A stretch of DNA of 64,000 bases from Marsupella aquatica (lineage: Eukaryota > Plantae > Marchantiophyta). The stretch's first letter is position 1. Each line of letters opens with the position of its first letter. Under the pieces are notes generated by a model, which was not told the DNA's origin, did no database searches, and worked only from the letters and a program-made list of their open reading frames with translations. Made by a program: the position numbers and the translations under genes. Below, piece by piece: positions 52,347 through 64,000 of this stretch. The DNA is taken from contig OZ316899.1 of NCBI GenBank assembly GCA_973895155.1, forward strand, positions 12,837,934-12,901,933, written 5' to 3'.

Positions 52347-53775
52347 GCTTGTTTGAATACTCGGGATTTACTTGTTCTAACTAGGACCTATTGGTAATTT
52401 AGGAGGGAGGAAGTCTAATATTGCGGGAACAGGAGATACTAAAGTGGATGCTACACCTGAAGTTTTTGAGGAAAACACCGGAGCTCGATCGGACCCCATT
52501 ACTCCTGTCGACAAGGGGAAGATAATAGTTCCGGTCGACGCCACAAGTACCAGGAAGAAACAAAAGAGAGCTATCAAAGGTGGACCTTCTTCAAGGGAGA
52601 GTGTTGCAGCATCTGGTGTCCAATGTGAAGTTGGAAACTTCAAAACTAGAGTGTCTCGTCATGCCATGGTTGAGACAAGCATATCCAAATTTTTTGACTC
52701 AACTTTCAACAAGGGGGAAAAACCTGAATGGGTTAGTAATGTGGAGAAGTGGGGGAAGGATCTCGTTAAGTCAGGATATAAAGAGAAGGGTGTTGTGCGG
52801 GGAGGAAAACAAAGATCGTTTGGAGTGGATGTGGGTTTCATTTACCTACCGATCGGGTTTAAACCAACAATCATAGATAAGAAGGTTCCTAAATGGAACA
52901 CTCCGAATCACTCCATGGCTAGATCTTTTTTCAAATCCATGGATCCATTTCTATCAGATGATGGGTTCCTTGCAATTCTACACAATGGGGAATACGATCC
53001 CATGTCTCAAGTCATTGCTGCTTGTCAGGAGTCGAGAAAATTTCAGTGCATATGCATGCATAATGTTGTAATGTCTGTCCTGATGTACGCGGCAAAGACA
53101 GACCGTCAGGTAATTATCCACTCTTAACTATATCGCATTTTGAGTTATAACTCGTTTAACCTGGAGTTGCCAACTGACACTTGGGATTGCTTTTCGCAGA
53201 TATTTACCCTCAGGCTGGACATATTTGGTCAAATTAATGGGAAATGTAAAATTCCCAAAGACCCTAAATTCCATCCACTCTCCATCAGTGAGGACCCCTC
53301 GGTCACCAATTTGATCAGACTCCCTTCTCTCAAATCCGATCCATTCCCGCAAATGGAGTTTTTTGGAAATGCTTGCCTGACTGTCGGGTTTATGCAATCT
53401 ATCATCGAGCTTGTCACCCGACCTCATGATATTTTTATGGATTGGACCACTGGGGCTGGAAGCTCCTTCATTGATGGAGACTTCTCTGGGAGGTTTGTGC
53501 TCGGGATAGAACATAGAAAAGAATTTATTGAAACCGCTTTGAAGGTTTTCATGGATTTGTTGTCTCCCAAAGAGATTGCGGTTTTACCTCCACCTGTTCC
53601 TACTGCCGACAGAAAGAAGCGAGATAAGCTTCGGTCGGTACTCAATTTTGATTGTGATGATGAGTCTAGTGAAGGTGAAGATGGAGAGGAACAAGGTACA
53701 AGGGACTCGGAGGAGGAAAAGGAAGAAGCTCGTGGATCTCCAGATGAAACCGATAGTGATGACTCTTCCAAGTAA
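50192..53775 (+). pseudogene. Spliced gene: ParB/Srx-like N-terminal domain plus C-terminal beta-class N4C/N6A DNA methyltransferase-like domain
   Basis: Exons about 50192-50757, 50880-52213, 52385-53109 and 53200-53771 are joined by phase-compatible GT-AG introns. MFFVFDGNHRLYSW...AAMHTVN (ParB-like). VDVGFIYLPIG...FLSDDGFLAI...IIELVTRPHDIFMDWTTGAGSS...GRFVLGIE (MTase motif IV region, then motif I). Five in-frame TGA/TAG stops. True start may lie near 49228. Confidence 0.72.
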
Positions 53776-54067
53776 TGTTCATAAACTCGTAAGCTTCTTT
53801 CTCCATTCCCATCAATTTCAAACATTTATGTGTTGTTTTGGAGAAAGGCACTAACTTGCTGGATTTTGTTTCATCAGGTCAGAGTGGAATGCGAGGAGAC
53901 GTTTCAAACTACAAAGGAGGGTTGCTAGACACAACATAAAAACACCAGAAAAAACCTGTTGTTCTTCCCTCATATGCAGAGAAAGCCACAAGGAAAGCCG
54001 AGAGTACAAGGACGCTTTGCTGGGAAAACAATGGTCTTTGGTTACAAAGGGGTGTTGACAGGAAGTT

Positions 54068-56810
54068 TGTCACGCGATTGACATGGGTCTTAACACCAAA
54101 AATGTCACTATGGGTGCCAAAACCATCTCCTTGTACCTGAGGATCACGAAGGGATGTTGTGAAGGTCGGTAAACACCAATTTATGCCCTTAACACCAGAC
54201 TATCATTGATAGCAAGACTCCATCACAGTCATCCAAGCTCAATCCCTAAGAACCAAGGTTAAGAATCAGATCTTGTGCTCATGATAGTTTTGGTGAGAAG
54301 GGGTCTTCATATCGGGCCCGTACACACAGGGCCTAGCGCTATGGTGCGCATATGTCTATACGTATGCTTACTGTCATAGGTATATTTCTATTTTGCCACC
54401 GGAATGTACCCATAAACCAGTGACTCTTGACTGATTCCCGGCTTAGGGACTTCCAAGCCATTGCCCCACCACTCTGCCATTCCACTCTCAGCAATCAGAG
54501 CTGTGACAGCCCTCACCCAACCCACTTCAATGCACCCGATACACCTCTTAGTGGCGCTGCTAGTCCCATCATACACTCAGATTGCCTCACACACACACAT
54601 CCATGAGAGAAATGAGGCCTGAGGGAAAACTCAGTTAGATTCAAAGATGTGCACAATAGTTCACTGAGAACACTTGATCCAAACAATAGGCCCGAAGGCT
54701 GTCTCCTCCAGATTGCGACGTGCTTGCCATGCAAGCTCAATCCTGAACCTGAGCCAGGCTCACTCCAGATTGCGATGGCAGATTGGACTCAAACCAATCC
54801 CGTACTTGCCTTGCAAACTCAATCCTGAACTCAACCTCCTTCACTGCACTTCATTTATGGGGGCACATACAGATCTCACACCTCCAATTCAGAATGTCAA
54901 GTTACGCATGCACAGTTGACTCGACTTCAAAGCTGGTACCAAGCCTAACGACGATCTATCCCAGACTGCAATGAGGCCCGGCCTCACGCTTGCCCTGCAA
55001 GCTTAGCTCTGGCCATAAATCCCTTAGTGGTCTCTACCAGACAAAGGCCGGGACTCCCCATGGATCACGTAGCCTTGCCAAACTGAACTGTAAATGCTCC
55101 TCCTGCTGCCCCTCAATCAGTGTCTCAGCCTTCCTAATGTGCTCACCGCAAATCACATTGAAATCCTCCCCACAGTTTACAATCACCAACACATCACCTA
55201 TCACCAAGGCTCTGTATCGGGGGAAAAGAAACCAGTTGTGTTGCCTACTAGAAAGAGCCACAATCCAGCTTGCAAACCTGGCCAACTATTGTTGTGAAGC
55301 GTGGTTGATTACTCCCTCAGTAATAGCACAACCAAGCTCTCCCCAACACACAACTTCCAAGCCCAGCCTTCCTTGCACAGAGCTCCTCCCTGCTGCTCAG
55401 TCTATGTGAGATCACACAACTGAAGTTCCCCCCCGCCTCTACCGAGGGGTTGCTCTATATACTCTCACACTGAGCCCAAATGGGTGGATACTACATTGCT
55501 GGAGCCCCATCCCAGCCCTAACAGAGCCGCCACTATCTCTAACTACTGAACCCTAACTCGCAACTTTATTTCTATCTCGAATTGGCTATGTACTTCGGAT
55601 TTGGCCCTCCTCCATGGTTTTTGCGAGCTTGTGCCTCCTCTCCTGATTTCTCTATTCAACCATTTGCTGCGTGGATAGCAGCGTTGGAAGCGGCTTGAGC
55701 TCCTCTTTTCAACGAGGTCGATTATAGCCAATTTGGGCAAATACAGAGAAAGTTATGCCCCCGCAACCGAGAGGGGGTACTCACTGATATGCTAACCCGA
55801 GTTACATAGCTAACCCGAGTTCGGCTAGCCTAGCTATCCTATATAACCCGAGTAGAGCTAACCCGTGGTCTCGGCTTAGGCCACTACCCGCTATCCGCTA
55901 ACCTAGGCTAAGCTAAGCCCGAACCCAAACTTACCTATGCTAACCCAAGCCCGAGTTTAGGCAAACCAGACTTCAGTCTAACCCGGGATCAATCTAATCC
56001 GAACCCGGGTTAAGCCTAATTAAGCTGAAGCTGTGCTGACCTGAGCTAAGCTGAAGCCGTGCTTACATGAGCTAAGCTGAAGCCATGCTTACATGAGCTA
56101 AGCTGAAGCCGTGCTCACATAAGCTAAGCCGTGGCCGAGCTTAGGTTAACCCGAAACCGAAGTCGAATCCGCTAATTTCGGTCACAAGTTAACCCGTTAC
56201 ACTAATCAGGCCGTATCTTCCTTAATACACCATTGTTTCCCAAGTGTTTTATATCGATTTTACTCGCCTTGACCAGATCTTTCCAATGCTCTTTACAGAT
56301 CCGGATTTGGTGATGTATTGAATGAAATATAGTCACCGACCACCCGCAACATCGCATTTTATTTCCCTAACATTCTAAGACTAGACTATGAACCACTAAC
56401 CTAACTAATAAAATGAAGCTTAAATTTCATCCTGAGCACAATCACCATACCCCACAACTTCATATTCAGCTATGGAGACTCGCTTCCTTGAATTATCACG
56501 CCTACCTCCGTACCGGCGTCTTGAAGAGCCTCCATGCTCTATCTTGCTTGTCAAGAAGATGGTATGCTTGAAGAGCTGAATCCTCTCTTCCCCAATTTCT
56601 CCTTTGTGGCCTTGACAGTGACTACCTCAATTGTGTTTGCCTTGGTTGTGCAGTCTTCAAGCTGAAATACATTTATCCCTACTCTTAACGCCATGATTGC
56701 CCTTATTCTTGCCAACTTGCTAATTGTTATGCAATATCAATAGCTACTCCTTGCATACAATAGCCTAGTTAATCAGATTATAAAATAAAGACCATGTCAT
56801 CGGCGTCACA
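54068..56810 (-). mobile_element. Solo LTR (~2.7 kb)
   Basis: TGTCACGCG...GGCGTCACA ends. TSD AAGTT at 54063-54067 and 56811-56815. Orientation inferred from a TATA-like motif near 55458. Confidence 0.8.
55790..56150 (+). repeat. TAACCCGAG motifs and about 4 copies of a 26-bp tandem unit (TGAGCTAAGCTGAAGCCGTGCTTACA)
   Basis: Directly visible; the tandem array lies at about 56020-56130. Confidence 0.85.
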
Positions 56811-56830
56811 AAGTTCATTAAACATCCTTA

Positions 56831-59444
56831 TGTTGATGACTTCTCCCGCAGCCAGTATGTAGATGATGAGGCCGTGTCCACGGACAAATCTGAGAGTACA
56901 GATTCTGGTTCCGAATCAGAATCTGCACAATCGTGACACGTTGTCGTGCCGAAAGATTTCGGCTCAGGAATGGCTTTAATAGGGAATGATGGGCGAGGCC
57001 TCCCGGTTGGGTTGTGTGCATGCTGACTCGGAGGGGCTGCTTGGTTGGATGGATTGAGGTTTGGTGATTGGGTGACTCGTCGTCACCAGGTTTGGTGTTT
57101 GGGTGAGTCACCAGACTTGGAGTTTGGATGAGCCTCAGGCTGGATGGTTGGGTTTCCGATGCTACTTAAGACTTGAGCCTCGGCTCATTGAGGTTGGCGG
57201 TTGTCTATTGAGATCTGTTGAGTTTTGTTCTGTGAGTTTCGCTCCGTTCTGCGGAACTCGACTGTTGTGCGGCGGTTTTGGAGTGTGCGAGTGTTGGATC
57301 CAGGTGTGGAGTTTTTGATCCATGCGGGGATTTCTCGAGTTTGGAGCCTCGTTGGTCCAGGCCTGAGTTTTGTGTGAGCTATTTTTGACTTGTTGAGTAG
57401 CTAGTCAAGTTTTGGTTTTGTGAGCTAAGGAGGAGAGTTTTTCCGTCAGATTTCGAGTAGATAGTCACTCGAGGAGTTCAACTCGACAAGTTAGAGGTAG
57501 CGGCCCGCCGTAGGGCCAGCTACCAGACTCTTGCGAGAAAGCTTACTTGAGGGCACCCATTGTAACCTTTGTGAGAAAAGTAAAAAAAATAGAGTGAGAG
57601 TTCGCTCCAAAAAGTGCTTGTCGCCTGTCCCGGTCGCAGTCAGAAATGTGCAATTTACCCGAGGAGCCACTAACTTTAAGTCCTTGTGATATTGGCAACC
57701 ATACTGGGGAGTCCTTGGGGCGATTGGATGAGATGGGTGACTATGACAAAGTCGATCGGATCTCAAGCATTGTCATGACGATGATGAGAACCATAAGGAA
57801 GGAAGAGCTTGAGGCGGAAAGGGCAAACAGGGAAGCGAATAGAACTACTCGGTGTCTCCAAGAGGTTCTGAAGGAGAATGGGCAGTTTGATGGGAGAAAT
57901 GTGACAAGCTACCTTAAGTCTTACTTGACAGAAGCAGCTGTCTACAAGTTGGACGAAGGGACAGCCGTGAAAGAGTTCATGGTGCTGGTTGAGAAGGAGT
58001 TGAGTTTGGCGGTGCGGACCATCGTTGAGGCAACTGAGGGCTGGGATGACTTTGACCAGAAGATGAAAGAGGAGTTCCAAGCGGAGGATGTTGATTGGGT
58101 CACGCAGGCTACCTTCTTGGATTGGGTGAATGACAGGAACAAGAAGCTGAAGGGGCCGCAAGAGCTCCTAAGGGAGTTCAAGAGAAGGGTGTCTCAATTA
58201 CCGAAGCGGGATGTGGGGATCATCGAGTTGCAGCGCTCGACGCTCTTCTTGAGGATAGCTGATGAGGACCTTCAAGAGGAGCTTGAGAACGCAATGGAGC
58301 TGCTGGAACCTTCGAGAGTTACCTTGTCTAACAACTGGAACCAAGTTGAGAAAGCAGTGTCAAAAGTGAGCAATTGACACCGGCGGTGAGTGCTGGACAA
58401 GGAGGCTACCACTCTCGACCTAAGGCCGCCAGAACCGACATTGAGGAAAGGGAAGCGAGAACCAATGAAGGATGAGATCAAACCATCGGTGGATGATCTC
58501 ACAGAAATGATGCAGAACCTGAAGATCTTGGCGGCACATGCGGTTGAGAATCCAAAACCAAGGGTTGCAAGTGCTCCCGAGCGGAAGCAAGAGTTGCAAA
58601 GTTGGCCATGCATGTGGTGCGACAGCAAAGAGCATGACAAATGGGAGTGCCTGGACCTGAGGGAAGCTGCGGATAAAGGGCTGATCAAGTTGATCGGTGA
58701 AGTTGGTCAGAAAAAGATATCGTTTGCCGATACTGAGGAGCCGATTCCATTCAACTCCAACGAGGGAGGCATGAAGGCTTTGGCTGAGAAGCGAGTCGAA
58801 GAGGCGTCCTATTTGCACCTGGAAGCGAATGTTTACAATGTGGAGTTGGATGGCCCCGTGACTGAAACGGACAAGTTTTACAAGCGCTTGGCGGATCTGG
58901 TGCGAGAAAGATCCGGATGGAGTGACCCGATGCTGATCAATGCGATAACGGTTGAGGTTGGGGCTAGTTGGGATGCCTTGGTCGAGTCAAAAAGGAAGAA
59001 AACCAACAAGGATGACACTCCATCTCAATCAAGGGAACGAGAGAGGTGGGATACTCGAGACAAGGAAAGAAGGGTTAGGTTCGAAGAAGAGGAAATGAGT
59101 GAGAAAGAATCGGAGAAAGGGAAACCGATCAGGAAGGATCCGGGCTGGGTGCTTGGTAGGGATGTTGACCAGGCTATGTACCCAAAGGTTGTAGCTGAGA
59201 AGTTTTGGAACCAACAGGCTCAAGGGTTTACCAATGCCAAGTTCTTTGGCAGCATGAGGCGGGAGATCCAGGAGGCAATCTTGGAGAGATCCAAGAGGAA
59301 ACGGATTTACAAAGAGGGCCCTCACACGTTGATGGGGAAGGCTGGCAAGACGGAAATAGGGAGTTTCCAAACTTACACTGCTGGGGTGTCCATGGGTTCA
59401 GGAAGCAAGTTTGCTGGCCCCGAAGAGTCAGGCTTGGGGATGCC
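56831..59444 (+). mobile_element. 5' part of a Ty3/gypsy element: putative LTR (about 56831-57612) and gag, interrupted at 59445
   Basis: Gag-like QFDGRNVTSYL and a CMWCDSKEHDKWEC knuckle in ORFs 57646-58377 and 58390 onward. LTR limits and PBS are uncertain. Confidence 0.65.
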
Positions 59445-62400
59445 TGTGATGCCTAGCCAGGAATCACTAGGCCAGTTTAAATGGTACAATCAGGAGTGTA
59501 CCTTGGAAACACATTAGTATAGTAACAAAAACAAGGAAAATATAAACAATTAAGGGTGACTATGGAACCCAAGCCAAGGCCGGAAGTAAGGACGTCGGGA
59601 GAGGGAACACAATTAGGGTTAGGGCACACTAAGTACCGGCGGCTATGGGTAACTAACGGGAAGGAAGACCAGGCAGGGGGGGTAAGGATCGATCGCAAGG
59701 AATGGTGGCTCATTTGCAAGCACGAACTAAGTAGACGACTACGTGAAGCAACTACTGACAGCTGCTTAGGCAAGCACTTGGGGAGGGAGAAAATACCGAC
59801 TATCAATTCAAAGAAGGGTATGAGCAATGTCAATCAGGCTGCTCATTTTTGGGGATGCCTGTTAGAATGGGCAACTGAGTACATTGGGACCTACAAGGAC
59901 GAAGAATCAGAGAGAGCCGCTCAAGAACGGCAGGAGCTCGCTCGACTATGGGAGCTGCAGAAGTCTGCCTTCTACTCCTTACCACCCAAAGGCAAATGGG
60001 TTGACAGAACGAGCCAATGGAATTATAGGAAAGATATTAAACAAGACCGTAGCCCAGAACAAACTCGATTGGGATGATAAATTGTTTGTTGCTGTTTTTG
60101 CTTACAATTTAGCCTATAAATCCACTACCGGTCATACACCCTTTTTCTTAACATTTGGACAAGAAGCTCTGGTACCCATGCAACTTGAGATTCCTACATT
60201 TCAAGTTACAATTAAAGAGAGAGCCTCAAAGGAGGAAAGCCTACAGGAGCGAGAATATAGATTAGAAGCTTTAGAAGAGGCCAGAATAATTTCAGCCAAG
60301 AGAGTAGAAAATAGACAGAATACCATGAAGCAACAGTATGATAAAAAGTTGAAACCAGTTAGTATTCACATAGGAGATCTTGTATTACTTTACAACAGTA
60401 GGTATAGTAGGTTTCCAGGTAAACTTTACACTCGCTGGTTAGGACCCTTCAAGGTAACCATGAAGTTCTCCAATGGCTCCGTGCAATTGGCCAACATAAC
60501 TGGAGAGGTGTACCCAGTTCACATTCACTACGACCGCTTCAAGAAATACTATATGGACGAAGATGAAGTTGTTTGCAATGACGCTTCACAATTAAGTGGG
60601 GAGCTATGTGATGCCTAGCCAGGAATCACTAGGCCAGTTTAAATGGTAAAATCAAGAGTGTACCCTGGAAACACATTAGTATAGTAACAAAATTAAGGAA
60701 AATATAAACAATTAAGGGTGACTATGGAACCCGAGCCAAGGCCGGAAGTACGGACGTCAAGAGAGGGAACACGATTAGGGTTAGGGCGCGCTAAGTACTG
60801 GCGACTATGGGTAACTAACGGGAAGGAAGACCAGGCAGGGGGGGAAAGGATCAATCGCAAGGAATGGTGGCTCATTTGCAAGCACGAACTAAGCAGACGA
60901 CTACGTGAAGCAACTACTGTCAGCTGCTTAGGCAAGCACTTGGGGAGGGAGCAAATACCAACTATCAATTCAAGGGAGGGTATGAGCAACATCAATCAGG
61001 CTGCTCATTTTTGGGGATGCCTGTTAAAACGAGCAACTGAGTACATTGGGACCTACGAGGACAAAGAATCGAAGGGAGCCACTCGAGAACGGCAGGAGCT
61101 CGCTCGACTGTGGGAGCTGCAGAAGTCTGCCTTCTTAGGAGGAGAAATCATCACGGCTGAATTCCTGTGGACACCTACTGGCGACGAACTCGACAATCTT
61201 CTTTTTTGTGAGAACATAATAGTCGGCATCTAAGAAGCCATCAACCGCTGCAATGACATACACTGGGAGTTGAAGGGTAGCACGGAGGGGTGGACAAAGG
61301 CAACCGTGCTAGGAGAAACATCCGCGGCAGCAGCTATGAAGAGGAAAGAGAACGCCAACAAAGTGACCACTCCTGCGAAGAGAACGGAGTCGGTGGCACC
61401 AAGGAAGCCAGCCGAGCAAGGGAGCAGGAGGCAAGACGAAGCCGAAGAAGAGGAGGTCAACCCCATCAATGTCGTTCCGACAAGAGATGACACCTGGAAA
61501 GGCTGGGCGGCGACCCTCCCCGAGGAAGTGCAATTACACTTTGCACGTGAAGAGGATGCATGCTTTACGGCTATGCAGACTCGGAAGTACCATGGTTTCA
61601 TAGCCGGATCCGGCTTGGAAGCTTTCGTGAAATTACCATGGATGAAGCCGAAGGTGCCGGATTCAGACTTATTAGAATTTGTGGGATCATGGGAACTTGA
61701 GACCAATTCCACAAGGGTGCATGGGAAGGATTTCTATCTCACTCCCCATGTGATTGCCGAGGTGTTTGGCTTGCCGATGGGCAATAAGACCAAAGTAGAT
61801 ACCCGGAAGACCTTGCCAGACAAAGAGTTGCGATTGTTCCCAGGGCCATCAACAAAGAATGGCTTCTTTCAGAACACCTGCACCAACCCGCACATAGGAG
61901 AGATCATCGATTTCTTGCGCGTAACCATGCACTGCAACTTGCCGAGGCCGGAGATTGGCAAGGCACAGGTATACCTAGCGGAACGGCCAGACCCAAGCCG
62001 GGACTACAACGGGTACCTCCTCACCCAATTGAAGAAGATCTTGAAGGAGGAACAACAGGCGATCGGTATGGGAAGCGTGTCCCGGCTTGGCTATCACATG
62101 CCGCTGTTATGCCGGTATGCCCAAAGTCAGATCTTTGCCCCGGTACTTCCACTGCAAGCAAGGGCACCAAAGGAGGTTCCGGAATAGAGGCTGGCAACAG
62201 AGAAACCAGACCAGCCCGACAGTCCTACAATCAAGCAGGTGTTTAGGCCGAGGATGAAGGACTTGCCGATGCAGCAACCAGTCATGCAGAATCTGCTGAA
62301 ATTGCTGGAGAAGGAAAAGAGAACGGCAACGGCACAGGTACAGGACACTCCTTCAGAGGTCGGCCTAAGCCGACTCATGAAGGAAAACCCCTTTACCGGA

Positions 62401-64000
62401 GGCAAGGAAAGAAGGAGGCCGGAACACGAGCCGGGGGTTCGTATGTATGTAGGAGCCTTGAGTCCTGTAGCCGAGGGAAGGCAACCTAAGGCTCTTGTTC
62501 AGGGGAAATAGAGGGAGAAGACAACCTGGAAGCCAGAGGAGGAACTAGGACCTGCTAGCTATGATTGGCAGGAGGCAGTGTTCACGGCAAGACCAGGGGA
62601 GCAGCGGGGGGAACCGGTAGTCCAAGCAGTGGAGGAGGCGGTGGAGGACTACGGCAATGATGACTCCGGCTACAGGTTGGACCATCATGTTCCAGGAATA
62701 AGGACCTATGGCCGTTTCATCCCCACGCTTCCAAGAGTAGTTCGAGGGGACCTCACCCAACAGAACAGTCCCGAGTCCCCCCAGCCAGATGTCACTCCCC
62801 GAGCTTTGACGGCATAAAATAGACGGCACAAGAGTTTCAATCAGGAGCGACTCAGGGAGGAAGAGAGGGCAGCCCTGGCTAGGGAGAAAGATTTACCAGG
62901 GGGAGAATGGCCAGAGGACATCAGGCAGCTTGCAGAAAAATGAACCAGCCCTCCAGCCACGATAGAAGAAATCCGCAAGACGGCTTGGGAACAAAGGCCA
63001 CGGTGGTTGATGCCGATGACTTCTACTCACTCCACCTATGCTAAAGAAAGAGCCATGGAGTACGAGGAGATGTGTGGGGAACTTGCGCTTAGCATCTTTG
63101 GGGAGGAGTTGGAGCAGGGACCTTTTTTCCAGAGGGAGATGTTGGAAAAACACTGATTAGAAGAAGCGGTGGCTTTAGAGAGAAGAAAGAAAGACGAGGT
63201 CATCCATCGACTTAGGGCAAGGGAAGTCAAGGTGGAAGACCTGAAGGCGGCCAAGAAAGCCCAAGATGAGTTGCGGATTAAGCGGCATGAGCTAAACATC
63301 ATGCAGGGGCAATTGGATACCGCTCAGTCTGATAATCAGATTATCAAGGATAACTGACTCGGACCCAGGGGGAGTTGGCCGTTGCGGTCAAGGAAAGGGA
63401 GAAGTGGAAGCGGGAGCTGATGGACGCAGAGGAGGCCCACATAGCAGCCAACAATTGGGCCACTCAGAGAAGGGAAAGGGCGTTGAAGGGGGAACTCGAG
63501 GATATCCACGGAGCCCTTAAGCAGAAGGAGGCCGAGTTAGGGAAATCCTATCAAGGGATTATTGTGCTGCAGCAGGAGCTTGCATCCCTGACGGCCAGCT
63601 TCAAGGCCGACCTGCGTGAGAAAGACGACCAGCTCGATCAAACTTATGCCAAGATGAATAAAATGGAGTCTGAGGTCGTAGCAAAGCTCAACAAGGAGCT
63701 AAGAGCAACCCAGGAGGAGAGGGCTACCTTACAAAAGGAATTGGAGGAAGCCCAGAAGGAGCTGGAGGAGGCGCGCAAGGACCTGGATGAAGTGCAGGAG
63801 GAGTTGGAGGAAAGCACGAGGAAGATGGAGAACTTACAACGGTGAGCCGACAACCAAACAGAGCGGCTAAAGAAACAAGCCGCAGTATTTAAGTGCTTGG
63901 CTTCATCAAGTCCAATTGGGGCAACCAAGTTGCCAGGAGTAGTACTGGCCAAAGGACAAGCCGCGACACTTGCACCGGTGCCGAAGATAAGTGGCAAGGG
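59445..64000 (+). mobile_element. Internally deleted non-chromoviral gypsy element: 5' LTR stub (59445-59973), integrase C-terminus, PPT, long 3' LTR (60607 to beyond 64000)
   Basis: 59445-59973 duplicates 60607-61134. STPYHPKANGLTER...GDLVLLYNSR..FPGKL..RWLGPF is Athila-like integrase. AAGTGGGGAG PPT at 60594-60603 precedes TGTGATG. Confidence 0.82.
60718..64000 (+). pseudogene. Second copy of the >1000-aa LTR-borne ORF
   Basis: ORFs 60718, 61270, 62239, 62578 and 63169 share one frame. 1-bp frameshift at about 63352. The frame continues to the window end. Confidence 0.78.

Noticed and set aside
56020-56130. CRISPR-like array (also considered for 41753-41890 and the 15-bp palindromes)
   Set aside because: No unique spacers of regular length, no cas genes, and a eukaryotic TE context.

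Overview
Heterochromatic, transposon-only window from a land-plant nuclear genome, probably a non-seed plant (inferred from TTTAGGG-like repeats, Bianca-type copia elements, an EDM2-like domain and GT-AG introns). No intact host gene, RNA gene or CRISPR array was seen. Contents, nested: (1) right part of a CACTA element (to 7000) whose transposase gene has a SET-domain exon in its first coding intron; (2) two full-length Bianca-like copia elements with TSDs; (3) a second, minus-strand CACTA transposase preceded by a cargo cassette (EDM2-like PHD + two BRCT, F-box-like ORF, orphan ORF); (4) a decayed chromovirus-like gypsy element; (5) three large solo LTRs with perfect 5-bp TSDs; (6) a gypsy family whose >3.4-kb LTR appears to encode a >1000-aa protein; (7) a Mutator-like transposase divergently paired with a spliced gene encoding a ParB-like domain and a beta-class DNA amino-methyltransferase-like domain, with 11 copies of a 15-bp palindrome (YAGCGCCNGGCGCTR) confined to non-coding parts of that unit. 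Item 7 is the best candidate for an undescribed system. Most ORFs are pseudogenised by C>T nonsense changes. All domain calls come from reading motifs by eye, not from database searches.
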